NCBI GenBank assembly: GCA_045804885.1
Contig: JBJMMH010000212.1
Coordinates: 1-53,139 of the forward strand
Length of the DNA stretch: 53,139 nucleotides
Reading direction: 5' to 3'
Source: Chloroflexota bacterium
GTDB taxonomy: Bacteria > Chloroflexota > Limnocylindria > Limnocylindrales > CSP1-4
The position numbers and the translations under genes are program-made. Shown here piece by piece: positions 18,784 through 27,805 of the stretch. The stretch's first letter is position 1. The number at the start of each line of letters is the position of its first letter. The notes under the pieces were generated by a model. The model was not told the origin of the DNA and made no database searches. It saw nothing but the letters and a program-made list of their open reading frames with translations.

Positions 18784-20160
18784 ATGGGAACATGGAACGC
18801 CCGGTGGCGGATCGGCGGCGCACTGGCCGCGCTGGTTCTCGCGATTTCCGGGTGCGGCGGCTCGACGGGCCCGTCGGCCTCGAGTGGCGGCGCCGCTTCG
18901 CCGGCCGCGACCGGCGCGTCGACACCGCCGTCGAGCCCTGGCGGATCCGGCGGCGACGTCGGCTACTCCGGCCCGCCGGCCAATCTCGAGTACTCGATCT
19001 GGGGAGACCCCGCCGAGATCAAGAACCAGCAGGCGATCGTGACCGGGTTCACGGACAAGAACCCCTCGATCAAGGTCAACGTGACCGTCTCCGACTGGGA
19101 GCCGTACTGGGACAAGCTCCAGACCGCCCTCGCCGGCGGTGCCGCGCCGGATGTCTTCGCCATGGACGGCCCGCTGGGACCTGACTACCAGACCCGCGAC
19201 GCCCTCCTCGACCTGTCGCCGTACATCCAGAAGGACGGCTACGACCTGGGCCAGCTCGACGCGAACGCCGTGAAGGACTTCACGGCCGCCGACGGCGCGC
19301 AATTCGGGCTGCCGCGCGACCTGAACGTGATCGCGCTCTACTACAGCAAGAAGATGTTCGACGACGCGGGGATCGCGTACCCGGACGACACCTGGGACTG
19401 GAACAAGCTCGTCGAGGTCGGCAAGAAGCTCACTAAGGACACAAACGGCGACGGCACGCCGGACCAGTGGGGCGTCTACACCGAGACGACCGACATGGAG
19501 AACGCCTGGTCCTCGTTCGTGTGGCAGGCGGGGGGCGACATCCTCGCGCCGGACGGCACGAAGACCGCCCTCGACACGGACCAGAGCGCGCAGGGCATCC
19601 AGTTCCTGCAGGACCTGATCTGGAAGGACAAGGTATCGCCCGATCCCGCGCTCTTCGCGGAAACGGGCGACGCCTTCGAGCAGGGTGTCGCGGCGATGGA
19701 GATCAACGGCTCGTGGCTGGTCGCGACCCACGAGGCCGCCGGCGTCGACTTCGGGATCGCGCCGCTGCCGAAGGGTCCGGCGGCCCAGGCGACGTCGGTC
19801 AACCCGACCGGCGCCGTCGTCTACAAGAACACGAAGTCGCCCGATGCGGCATGGGCGCTGGTCAAGTACCTGGCGAGCCCCGAGGCTCAGGAGAAGATCA
19901 TGGCCCTGAAGGCATCGGTGCCGGTCAACAAGCAGATCCTGAGCACGACGTACGCGACCGCGTTCGACGGCGCGCAGGTGTTCGCCGACGCTCTCGGCTA
20001 CGCCCATCTGAAGCCGTCGTTCAAGGGCTACAACGACTTCGCGACGACGCTTCAGACGGAGCTCGATGAGAACGTCTTCAACGCTCCGAACAAGACCGCC
20101 AAGGATGCGCTCGCGGCGGTCAACGACCAGCTCAACCAGATCCTTGCCGAGAACCAGTGA
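18784..20160 (+). CDS. CUT1-type sugar ABC transporter substrate-binding lipoprotein
   Basis: 458-aa ORF with signal peptide and lipobox (AISGCGG), and family-1 solute-binding-protein features. Confidence 0.85.
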   Translation: MGTWNARWRIGGALAALVLAISGCGGSTGPSASSGGAASPAATGASTPPSSPGGSGGDVGYSGPPANLEYSIWGDPAEIKNQQAIVTGFTDKNPSIKVNVTVSDWEPYWDKLQTALAGGAAPDVFAMDGPLGPDYQTRDALLDLSPYIQKDGYDLGQLDANAVKDFTAADGAQFGLPRDLNVIALYYSKKMFDDAGIAYPDDTWDWNKLVEVGKKLTKDTNGDGTPDQWGVYTETTDMENAWSSFVWQAGGDILAPDGTKTALDTDQSAQGIQFLQDLIWKDKVSPDPALFAETGDAFEQGVAAMEINGSWLVATHEAAGVDFGIAPLPKGPAAQATSVNPTGAVVYKNTKSPDAAWALVKYLASPEAQEKIMALKASVPVNKQILSTTYATAFDGAQVFADALGYAHLKPSFKGYNDFATTLQTELDENVFNAPNKTAKDALAAVNDQLNQILAENQ

Positions 20161-20207
20161 TGCGCTGGTGATCGACACCCGCCGCCGGACGCGACGCTGA
20201 GCGCGAG

Positions 20208-21170
20208 ATGACCGACGACGCCCGCCGCCCTTCGTACGGCTCGGGCTGGATCGGTCTGCGCTTCGGTCGCGTCCGTGGCGCCGGCCGGCCGCGCGGCCCC
20301 CGCGCGAGCGAGGAGAAGTGGGCCTGGCTGTTCATCGCGCCGATGTTGCTGGGTCTGCTGCTCCTGTCCGCAGCCCCGATCCTCGCGACGTTCGCGATCA
20401 GCCTGACGCACTGGGACCTGCTCACGACGCCCGACCCGGCCGGACTCGACAATTACACGAAGCTCTTCACCGACCCGCGATTCCTCATCGCGCTCCGGAA
20501 CACGGCGTTCTACACGATCGTGTCGGTGCCTCTGGGCATGGCGGTCTCGCTCGGGCTGGCCCTCGCCCTCAACCATGCGATCGCCGGGATCTCCTGGGTC
20601 CGGACGATGTACTTCCTGCCGATCGTGACCTCGACGATCGCCGTCGGCCTCGTCTGGTCCTGGATCTACAGCCCGTCGAACGGTCTCCTGAACCAGTTGC
20701 TCGAGGTGTTCGGTCTGCCGCCGCAGCGCTGGGTCGCCGATCCGTTCTGGGCGATGCCCGCGATCATCGGGATGTCGGTCTGGCAGGGCCTGCCGGCCAA
20801 CACGATCATCTTCCTCGCCGGGCTGCAGGCGATCCCGCTCGCCTACTATGACGCCGCGAGCGTCGACGGTGGCGGGCGCTGGGCGAGGCTCCGTTACGTG
20901 ACGCTGCCGCTGCTCACACCGAGCATCTTCTTCACCGGCCTGCTGAGCCTCATCGGCTCGGTCCAGGTGTTCGACCAGGTGTTCGTGCTGAGCAACCCCG
21001 GCAAGCCCACGAGCGCGACCATCACGATCGTCTACTTCATCTACGAGGCCGGATTCCGCAACTTCAAGATGGGCTACGCGAGCGCCGCGTCGTGGATCCT
21101 GTTCCTCGTCGTCGCGGTCCTGACCTTCATCTACTTCCGATCGCAGCGTCGCTGGGTCCATTACCAGTGA
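20208..21170 (+). CDS. Sugar ABC transporter permease (MalF-type)
   Basis: 6-TM ORF with the EAA-loop DAASVDGGGRWARLRYVTLPLL. Confidence 0.85.
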   Translation: MTDDARRPSYGSGWIGLRFGRVRGAGRPRGPRASEEKWAWLFIAPMLLGLLLLSAAPILATFAISLTHWDLLTTPDPAGLDNYTKLFTDPRFLIALRNTAFYTIVSVPLGMAVSLGLALALNHAIAGISWVRTMYFLPIVTSTIAVGLVWSWIYSPSNGLLNQLLEVFGLPPQRWVADPFWAMPAIIGMSVWQGLPANTIIFLAGLQAIPLAYYDAASVDGGGRWARLRYVTLPLLTPSIFFTGLLSLIGSVQVFDQVFVLSNPGKPTSATITIVYFIYEAGFRNFKMGYASAASWILFLVVAVLTFIYFRSQRRWVHYQ

Positions 21171-22099
21171 AGGCCGAGCGCGTCCCAGGCCGGCGGGCCC
21201 TCGCCGACAAGCGGGCGGTCGGGCGCACCTCGGCGCGCCAGGCACGATTCGTCATCCGGCGCATCTCGCTCTATGCGGTCCTGGTCGTCGGCGGCCTCGT
21301 GATGATGATCCCGTTCTTCTGGATGGCCCTGACGTCGCTCAAGACGCGGGCCGAGGTCTTCTCATCGGCGCCGCTGTCGCTGCCGAGCGGCGCCCACTGG
21401 GACAACTACGCGACGATGTGGAACGCCTTCGGCGACGTGACGTTCGGGAACTTCTTCCTGAACTCGGTCAAGCTCGCCGGGCTGAACACGATCGGGCAGG
21501 TCATCGCCTGCTCGATGGCGGCATATGCCTTCGCCGTGATCTCGTTCCGGGGCCGCTCGATCATCTTCGGGATCCTGCTGGCGACGCTGATCATCCCGTT
21601 CCAGGTGGTCCTCGTCCCGAACTTCATCCTGTACCGGAACCTGCCCCATCCGGCTAGCGAGAGCGGCAACTGGATCGGGACCCAGGAGCCGTTATGGGTC
21701 GGGGCGTTCCTTGGCGGGGCGTTCGGGATCTTCCTGCTGCGACAGTTCTTCATGGCGATTCCCAGTGAGCTCGCCGACGCCGCCCGGATCGACGGAGCGA
21801 ACCCGTGGCAGATCTTCCGGCGGGTGTACCTGCCGCTGGCGAGGCCGGCGATCGCGACGCTGGCCATCTTCGAGTTCATGTGGTCCTGGAACGACCTCAT
21901 CAACCCGCTGATCTACCTGCGCAAGCTCGACCAGTACACGACGACGGTCGGGCTCGCGTTCTTCGAGGGCCAGTTCGTCGGCAAGTGGCCGGAGATGATG
22001 GCGGGGGCAATGGTCAGCCTCATCCCGATGATCGTGCTGTTCGTGATCGCCCAGAAATACTTCGTCCGGGGGATCGCCCTGACCGGCCTCAAGGGTTGA
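21167..22099 (+). CDS. Sugar ABC transporter permease (MalG-type)
   Basis: GTG 21167 overlaps the upstream stop (GTGA). EAA-loop DAARIDGANPWQIFRRVYLPLA. There is no ATPase gene in this operon, so a shared MsiK-type ATPase is presumably used. Confidence 0.8.
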   Translation: MKAERVPGRRALADKRAVGRTSARQARFVIRRISLYAVLVVGGLVMMIPFFWMALTSLKTRAEVFSSAPLSLPSGAHWDNYATMWNAFGDVTFGNFFLNSVKLAGLNTIGQVIACSMAAYAFAVISFRGRSIIFGILLATLIIPFQVVLVPNFILYRNLPHPASESGNWIGTQEPLWVGAFLGGAFGIFLLRQFFMAIPSELADAARIDGANPWQIFRRVYLPLARPAIATLAIFEFMWSWNDLINPLIYLRKLDQYTTTVGLAFFEGQFVGKWPEMMAGAMVSLIPMIVLFVIAQKYFVRGIALTGLKG

Positions 22100-22109
22100 G
22101 GCCGGCGGC

Positions 22110-23207
22110 GTGAACGAGGCGAACACGGCAGACGCCGCGCACACGACGGCCGACCTGCTCCTGCGCGACTTCGCGCCGCGGTCGATGCTGCGGCGGCCGG
22201 TCACCGAGGTCGTGCGGCCGCGGTTCCCGGTCGTCGACGCCCATGCTCATCTCGGCCCGACGCCGTTCGGTGGCGGCTGGTTCGGGCGGCCCGTGGCCGA
22301 CCTGCTCGCTGTGCTCGACGAGGTGGGAGCCGAGACGATCGTCGATCTCGACGGCGGCTGGGGCGACGGGTTGCGGGCCGAGATCGAACACTACGGCGGG
22401 CATCCCGACCGCGTTGTCGTCTTCAGCGGCGTCGACTACGACGGGTTCGCGATCGACGATGACTTTGGCGAGCGCGAGGCGGCTCGGTTGCGGGACGCGG
22501 CCGCCGCGGGTGCCCGCGGGCTGAAGGTCTGGAAGCGGCTGGGGCTGTCGGCGCGGGACCGCCGCGGGCGGCTCGTCGCGGTCGACGACCCGCGGCTCGA
22601 GCCACTCTGGGCGACGGCCGGGCAGCTCGGCCTCCCGATCCTCATCCACGTCGGCGACCCGATCGCCTTCTTCCTGCCGCTCGACCGTCACAACGAACGC
22701 TACGAGGAGCTGGTCGCCCATCCTGACTGGCACTTCTGGCCGCCTCGTGCCGGCAGCGACCCGGACGCCGCCGGCTATCCGGCATTCGACGAGGTGCTGG
22801 CCGCCTTCCGGCGCGTCGTCGATGGCCATCCCGAGACGACGTTCATCGGTGCCCACGTCGGCTGCGCCGCCGAGGACCTCGACTGGGTCTCGGCGATGCT
22901 CGACCGGTGCCCGAACTACGCGGTCGACCTTGCCGCCCGCCTCGGCGAGATCGGCCGCCAGCCGTACACCGCCCGCGACTTCTTCCTCCGTCACCAGGAC
23001 CGGATTGTGTTCGGCACCGACGGCGACCCGGACCCGGGTGAGTACCGCCGCTGGTACCGCTTCCTCGAGACGCGCGACGAATCGTTCGACTACGGCGGCG
23101 AGGAGGTGCCGCTCCAGGGGCGATGGCAGATCCACGCCATCGGCCTGCCGGACGACGTCCTCCGCAAGGTCTACCGCGACAATGCCCGGCGACTGCTCGG
23201 GCTCTAG
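22110..23207 (+). CDS. Amidohydrolase-2 (PF04909-like) family metal-dependent hydrolase
   Basis: 365-aa ORF with a GTG start 11 nt after the permease gene. VVDAHAHLG and ILIHVGDP motifs. Confidence 0.75.
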   Translation: MNEANTADAAHTTADLLLRDFAPRSMLRRPVTEVVRPRFPVVDAHAHLGPTPFGGGWFGRPVADLLAVLDEVGAETIVDLDGGWGDGLRAEIEHYGGHPDRVVVFSGVDYDGFAIDDDFGEREAARLRDAAAAGARGLKVWKRLGLSARDRRGRLVAVDDPRLEPLWATAGQLGLPILIHVGDPIAFFLPLDRHNERYEELVAHPDWHFWPPRAGSDPDAAGYPAFDEVLAAFRRVVDGHPETTFIGAHVGCAAEDLDWVSAMLDRCPNYAVDLAARLGEIGRQPYTARDFFLRHQDRIVFGTDGDPDPGEYRRWYRFLETRDESFDYGGEEVPLQGRWQIHAIGLPDDVLRKVYRDNARRLLGL

Positions 23208-23220
23208 GCGCGGTCGCTGG

Positions 23221-24270
23221 TCAGGATGGCGCCGGCGCGGTCGACTGGCGGACGACGAGCACTGGCGCCACGACGATGTCCGGTAGGCGGTCGGCCCCGA
23301 CCTCGCCCTCGATCATGTCGAGCAGCAGATTGGCCGACGTCCGGCCCATCTCGACGCCGGACTGGCTGACGGTCGTGAGCGGCGGGATCGTGAACGAGGC
23401 GATGTCGATGTCGTCGAACCCGACGATCGAGAGCTGGTCGGGGACGACGACCCGCATCTGGAACGCCGCCTGGAGCAGGCCGATCGCGATCGTGTCGGAC
23501 GCGGCGAACACGGCGGTCGGCCGGCCCGGGCGGTCGAGATGGGCGAAGAGGTCCCTGCCGAGGCGGTAGCCGGGGGCCGGATCGGGCTGCTCGGTGAAAT
23601 ACGTTCGGACCCGGTCGGCGAGGCCGCGCTCCCGCATGAACGCCTCGTAGGTCGCGGCCCGATACGGACCGTCCGCCATGCGCTGATCGACGACGCAGAC
23701 GATCGACCGATGGCCGAGCTGCCAGAGGTGCTCGAGCGCCAGCAGCGTGCCCTGCTCGTTGTCGACGTAGACGCCCGGGACCCGACGCTGGCCGACGCGG
23801 TCGCTGACGCCGACGACGTGGGCGTGGTGAGCCGCGAGGTCGTCGAGCGTTGCGTCGCCGCCGGCAATGTCGCCGAGGATCAGGATTCCGTCGGCGTGAG
23901 ACTGCTCGAACATCGAGCCGTAGACCGCGGCGACGTCCGGACTCCAGTCGACGTGGCCCAGGAACAGGCGGTAGCCGCGGGCGCGCGCCACTTCGTTGAC
24001 GCCACGCAGGACCTGGGTATGGAACGGGTCGCTGATGTCGCGGATGATCACGCCGAGGAGCGAGCTACGGCTGCCGCGCAGGGCCCGGGCGAAGAGGTTT
24101 GGCTTGTAGCCGAGGTCAGCTGCGGCCGAAAGGATACGCTCGCGGGTCTGGGCCCGGACGGGCACGCCGGTCTCGTGGCCGTTGAGGATGCGCGAGACCG
24201 TCGTGATCGAGACGCCGGCGCGGTCGGCCACATCGCGCAGCGTGATGGTGCCGCCGTCCCGCTTCGCCAC
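23221..24270 (-). CDS. LacI family transcriptional regulator
   Basis: HTH ITLRDVADRAGVSITTVSRILNG plus a periplasmic-binding-fold sensor. GTG 24270 is preferred because GGGAGGG lies about 8 nt upstream. The longer ORF start at 24327 is a TTG inside the AT-rich promoter region. Confidence 0.85.
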   Translation of the reverse strand: MAKRDGGTITLRDVADRAGVSITTVSRILNGHETGVPVRAQTRERILSAAADLGYKPNLFARALRGSRSSLLGVIIRDISDPFHTQVLRGVNEVARARGYRLFLGHVDWSPDVAAVYGSMFEQSHADGILILGDIAGGDATLDDLAAHHAHVVGVSDRVGQRRVPGVYVDNEQGTLLALEHLWQLGHRSIVCVVDQRMADGPYRAATYEAFMRERGLADRVRTYFTEQPDPAPGYRLGRDLFAHLDRPGRPTAVFAASDTIAIGLLQAAFQMRVVVPDQLSIVGFDDIDIASFTIPPLTTVSQSGVEMGRTSANLLLDMIEGEVGADRLPDIVVAPVLVVRQSTAPAPS

Positions 24271-24447
24271 GCCTCGCCCTCCCTCTTGACACTGCGGACT
24301 ATTGTTCCGCTCAGGCGAAAACGTCAAGGCTTATCGTTAAACCGGTCGCTGGTCCCCCGCGGAGCGGACTCGGCGACCGGGCGGAGGAGCCGTGAGCGAC
24401 GTCCCGCTGCGCGTCCCGGCGACCCCCGACAATCGGGGTCCTTCGGC

Positions 24448-25548
24448 ATGACGAGCGCTGTCGCGACGCGCGCCCCGGCGGACGCCGGCTTCGTCACGGT
24501 CTTCGGGCGGGACCTCGTCTCGGAGCTCCCGAACTTCGTCCACCGGCCGTACGTCGTCGTGACGATGGCCGACCTGTGGCCGGCGTTCGAGCACCACTTC
24601 GATCGCCATCTCGCGGCGGTCCACGAAGTCGACACCATCGAGGTCGCCGCGCTCGACGATCAGGTCGCGGCGCTGCCGGAGTTCGGCGCGGTCGTCGGCC
24701 TCGGCGGCGGGCGCGCTCTCGACGTCGCGAAGTTCTTCGCGTGGCGCCGGGGCCGGCCGCTGTTCCAGGTGCCGACCTCGATGACCACGAACGCCGCGTT
24801 CGCCCACCGGGCCGCCCTCCGCCAGCAGGGTCGGGAAGTCGGTCTCGCATGGGCCGTTCCGGAGGCGGTCTACGTCGACGTCGACGTGATCCGAGGCGCG
24901 CCGGCGTGGCTCAATCGGAGCGGCGTGGGCGACGTCCTCTGCCACCACACGGCGCACGTCGACTGGAAGCTGGCGCGCGACGCCGGCCGCGAGGACCGCC
25001 GCTGGCCGTACGACGACGGACTCGTCGCCCAGGCGCTCGAGCAGCTCGACGGAGTCGTCGCCGGCCTCGACGAGATCCACGACGTCACCGACGCGGGCAT
25101 CCGCCTTCTGATGTCGGCGCACCGCTGGGGCGGCGCCGCGTTTCACGAGGCCGGCTGGAATGCCCGCCACCTCGATGGCGTCGACCACAACTTCCTGTAC
25201 TGCCTCGAATACCAGACGGGCCGCAGCTTCATCCACGGACAGGCCGTGGGGCTCGGCACGTACCTGGGGGCAGTCCTCCAGGACAACCAGCCGGAGATCG
25301 TCCTTGGCTGGCTCCATCGCGCCGGTGTCGACGTCCGGCCGGAGGCGATGGGCATCGATTGGGAGGCCGCTGGCACGGCGATGCAGCGGCTCCGATGGTA
25401 TGTCCGCCACGCGGACCTGCCGTACACAATCGCCGATGCCCGGCCGGTGACCGTCGATCTCGTCGACGGCATCCGCGACCGGATCACCGCCACGTTCGGG
25501 GCGTGGCCCGCGGAGGGGCCGGCTGCCCCGAGAGGAGGGTTCGTGTGA
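24448..25548 (+). CDS. Glycerol dehydrogenase / sn-glycerol-1-phosphate dehydrogenase (AraM/EgsA)-like oxidoreductase, paralogue A
   Basis: 366 aa from ATG 24448. GLGGGRALDVAKF dinucleotide motif, GVGDVLCHHTAHVDWKL, HGQAVGLG. The upstream part of the 669-aa ORF is antisense to lacI. Confidence 0.75.
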   Translation: MTSAVATRAPADAGFVTVFGRDLVSELPNFVHRPYVVVTMADLWPAFEHHFDRHLAAVHEVDTIEVAALDDQVAALPEFGAVVGLGGGRALDVAKFFAWRRGRPLFQVPTSMTTNAAFAHRAALRQQGREVGLAWAVPEAVYVDVDVIRGAPAWLNRSGVGDVLCHHTAHVDWKLARDAGREDRRWPYDDGLVAQALEQLDGVVAGLDEIHDVTDAGIRLLMSAHRWGGAAFHEAGWNARHLDGVDHNFLYCLEYQTGRSFIHGQAVGLGTYLGAVLQDNQPEIVLGWLHRAGVDVRPEAMGIDWEAAGTAMQRLRWYVRHADLPYTIADARPVTVDLVDGIRDRITATFGAWPAEGPAAPRGGFV

Positions 25549-26828
25549 TGGAGGACCGACTGGGTCGGACCAGGTTCCGGACGATCGGCGCGCTCGCCGC
25601 CGCCGTCCTCATTGCGAGCGCATGCACTAGCGGCGCGTCGCCGTCGACCGGAGGAGTCGCCGCCTCGCCTGTCGCGAGCACCGGTGGAGGCGCGTCGAGT
25701 GGTGGCCCGTCCGGCAGCGCGGCCTCTGGAACGAAGCACGTCGCGATTGTCAACAAGGACATGACCGACGACGAGATCAAGGCCGCGATCGCTTCCGAAG
25801 GCACGGTCACGGTCGGCAACTGGACGTACTCCGCCACCAGTGAGATCGTCAACCAGTTCCAGAAGTACGTGAAGGACACGTTCGGCGCGGACATCAAGCT
25901 CAACTACGTCGGCTCGCAGCAGCCGAGCGAGTACCTGACGAAGCTCGCGGCCGACCAGAAGGCCGGCAACAAGGCCAGCTTCGACGTCATCGCGGTCGAG
26001 GAGAACTACTGGTACGACGCGTCCCAGCAGGGGCTCGTCGACGATTCGCTGAAGTCGGACCTGATCCCGAATCAGTCGATGGTCCTCGACATCTTCAAGC
26101 ACGAGCAGCAGTCGATCGCCTTCCAGTCGACGGCCTACCCGGGCGTCGTCTACGACAAGAACGACGCCGGGTACCTGAAGAAGCTCATGGACCTCGCCGA
26201 TCCGCGACTCAAGGGCAAGGTAACGCTGCCCAAGCCGACGGACATCACCGCCGGAGGCCTCCTGCTGGGCCTCGCCTCCGAGATGGGCAAGGATTACAAG
26301 GACCCCGAGCAGATGAAGCAGGTCGTGGACTGGGCGGTCCAGAACCTCGGTCCAAACGTCGTCAAGTACACGACGGACCAGGCGACCCCGCAGGGCCTCT
26401 TCGAGCAGGGGGCCGTCGACGCGGTCGCGTTCTGGAACAGCCTTGCTCGACTCGAGTACCTCGGCGGCCACCAGGAGGCGGCGCTGCTCGTGCCGCCGAC
26501 GATCTATCCGGCCAACGGCTATCTCTGGGTCCCCAAGAACGCCCAGCACCCGGTTCTGGCCCAGGTCTTCATGAACTGGCGGCTGGCGAAGGACGTCCAG
26601 TTCCCCAACGCGTGGCCCATCGACCACGGCCAGTGGAGCGAGCTCTCAGAGGGCTTCCTCGGTCCCGACTACGTCGACCAGGTCCCGGACTGGTTCAAGA
26701 GCGACTACTTCACGTACTTCCCGACGCTTGACCAGATCCAGACAGGGTTCAAGGCGATCGACTGGCCGGCGTACAACGCCAGCTCGAAGGTCTTCCTCGA
26801 CTACTACGCCCAGCAGCTTGGCCAATAG
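25548..26828 (+). CDS. ABC transporter substrate-binding lipoprotein (PotD/AfuA-like family)
   Basis: The ATG overlaps the upstream TGA by 1 nt. Signal peptide with lipobox (IASAC) and a G/S-rich tether. Its operon partners are PotB/PotC/PotA-type. Confidence 0.8.
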   Translation: MEDRLGRTRFRTIGALAAAVLIASACTSGASPSTGGVAASPVASTGGGASSGGPSGSAASGTKHVAIVNKDMTDDEIKAAIASEGTVTVGNWTYSATSEIVNQFQKYVKDTFGADIKLNYVGSQQPSEYLTKLAADQKAGNKASFDVIAVEENYWYDASQQGLVDDSLKSDLIPNQSMVLDIFKHEQQSIAFQSTAYPGVVYDKNDAGYLKKLMDLADPRLKGKVTLPKPTDITAGGLLLGLASEMGKDYKDPEQMKQVVDWAVQNLGPNVVKYTTDQATPQGLFEQGAVDAVAFWNSLARLEYLGGHQEAALLVPPTIYPANGYLWVPKNAQHPVLAQVFMNWRLAKDVQFPNAWPIDHGQWSELSEGFLGPDYVDQVPDWFKSDYFTYFPTLDQIQTGFKAIDWPAYNASSKVFLDYYAQQLGQ

Positions 26829-26850
26829 CGCCCGGACTGAGGCGAAGATG

Positions 26851-26882
26851 CGGCTCACCCGCCGATCACGGCGGGTGAGCCG
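26851..26882 (+). terminator. Intercistronic stem-loop (perfect 13-bp stem) between the binding-protein and permease genes
   Basis: CGGCTCACCCGCC-gatcac-GGCGGGTGAGCCG followed by TT. It sits in the 80-nt gap between 26828 and 26909. Confidence 0.55.
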
Positions 26883-26908
26883 TTCGATCCGCTGCATCGA
26901 GGCCGATC

Positions 26909-27805
26909 GTGGTCAGTGAACGCCTGTCGATGCCGCTGCCGGGCGTTGCCCCGCAGCTTCGGCGTCGCGAGCGCAACACCCGCCTGATCGGTCTCGCGCT
27001 GCTCTTCCCCGCGGCGGCGCTCGCCCTCCTCTTCCTGTACTACCCCCTCGTGTTCGTCCTCCAGATGAGCTTCACCGAGGGTGGTTCCTACCTCTCCTCG
27101 ACGGGTGCGGTGCAGACGCTGGCGAACTACGGCCTCATCGCGCAGCGGTACCTGCCCAACCTCTTCGTCACGGTCCAGCTCGCGGTCCTCGCGACGATCG
27201 TCGACCTCGTCCTGGGATTCCCGTTCGCTTACATCCTGGTCCGCCGTGTGCGCTACCGCGATGTCGTCCGGGCCCTCATGGTCTTTCCGATGTTCGGCGC
27301 CTTGTACGTCACGTTCGGGGTCAGCACGATCCTCCTGCCGGGGGGTCCGCTTGGGCCGCTGTTCGGCGCGCTCGGCATCTCCGGGACGTCGCTGCTGTTC
27401 AGCCTGCCCTCGGTCGTGTTCGCGATGTCGATCTTCACGTTCCCGTTCATGGTGATGAGCATCGGAACCGCACTCTCCAACGTCGACCCGACGCTCGAGG
27501 AAGTCGCGGCCTGCCTTGGCGCGGGCCCGTTCGCCACGTTCCGGCGGGTTGTCCTGCCCCTTGCCCGGACCGGCGTCGTCGCGGGCTCGCTCCTCGTATT
27601 CGGCTGGAGCATCGGCGCGTTCGCGGAACCGGCGCTGCTCGGCGGCCTCCAGGAGCAGCGCTCCCTGGCGGTGACGATCTACGACCGAGGCGTGGTCCAG
27701 AACGACTACGGACTCGCCTCGGCGATGGGCATGGTGCTCCTGGGCATCGCGTTCGTCGTGACGTACTTCTCATTGCGGTATTCGCGCGGGGCACTCGCGG
27801 AATGA
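26909..27805 (+). CDS. ABC transporter permease (PotB-like)
   Basis: 298-aa 6-TM ORF with a GTG start. EAA-loop EEVAACLGAGPFATFRRVVLPLA. Confidence 0.85.
   Translation: MVSERLSMPLPGVAPQLRRRERNTRLIGLALLFPAAALALLFLYYPLVFVLQMSFTEGGSYLSSTGAVQTLANYGLIAQRYLPNLFVTVQLAVLATIVDLVLGFPFAYILVRRVRYRDVVRALMVFPMFGALYVTFGVSTILLPGGPLGPLFGALGISGTSLLFSLPSVVFAMSIFTFPFMVMSIGTALSNVDPTLEEVAACLGAGPFATFRRVVLPLARTGVVAGSLLVFGWSIGAFAEPALLGGLQEQRSLAVTIYDRGVVQNDYGLASAMGMVLLGIAFVVTYFSLRYSRGALAE

Noticed and set aside
24271-24447. Search for a canonical LacI-family palindromic operator in the lacI/dehydrogenase divergent region. A possible minus-strand TTGACG-18-AATAGT promoter was also noted, together with an 8-bp inverted repeat CCGGTCGC…GCGACCGG (about 24342..24379).
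   Set aside because: I found no 14-20 bp CG-centred palindrome of the usual LacI type. The inverted repeat has a 23-nt spacer and the -10 is weak. The evidence is too thin to annotate.
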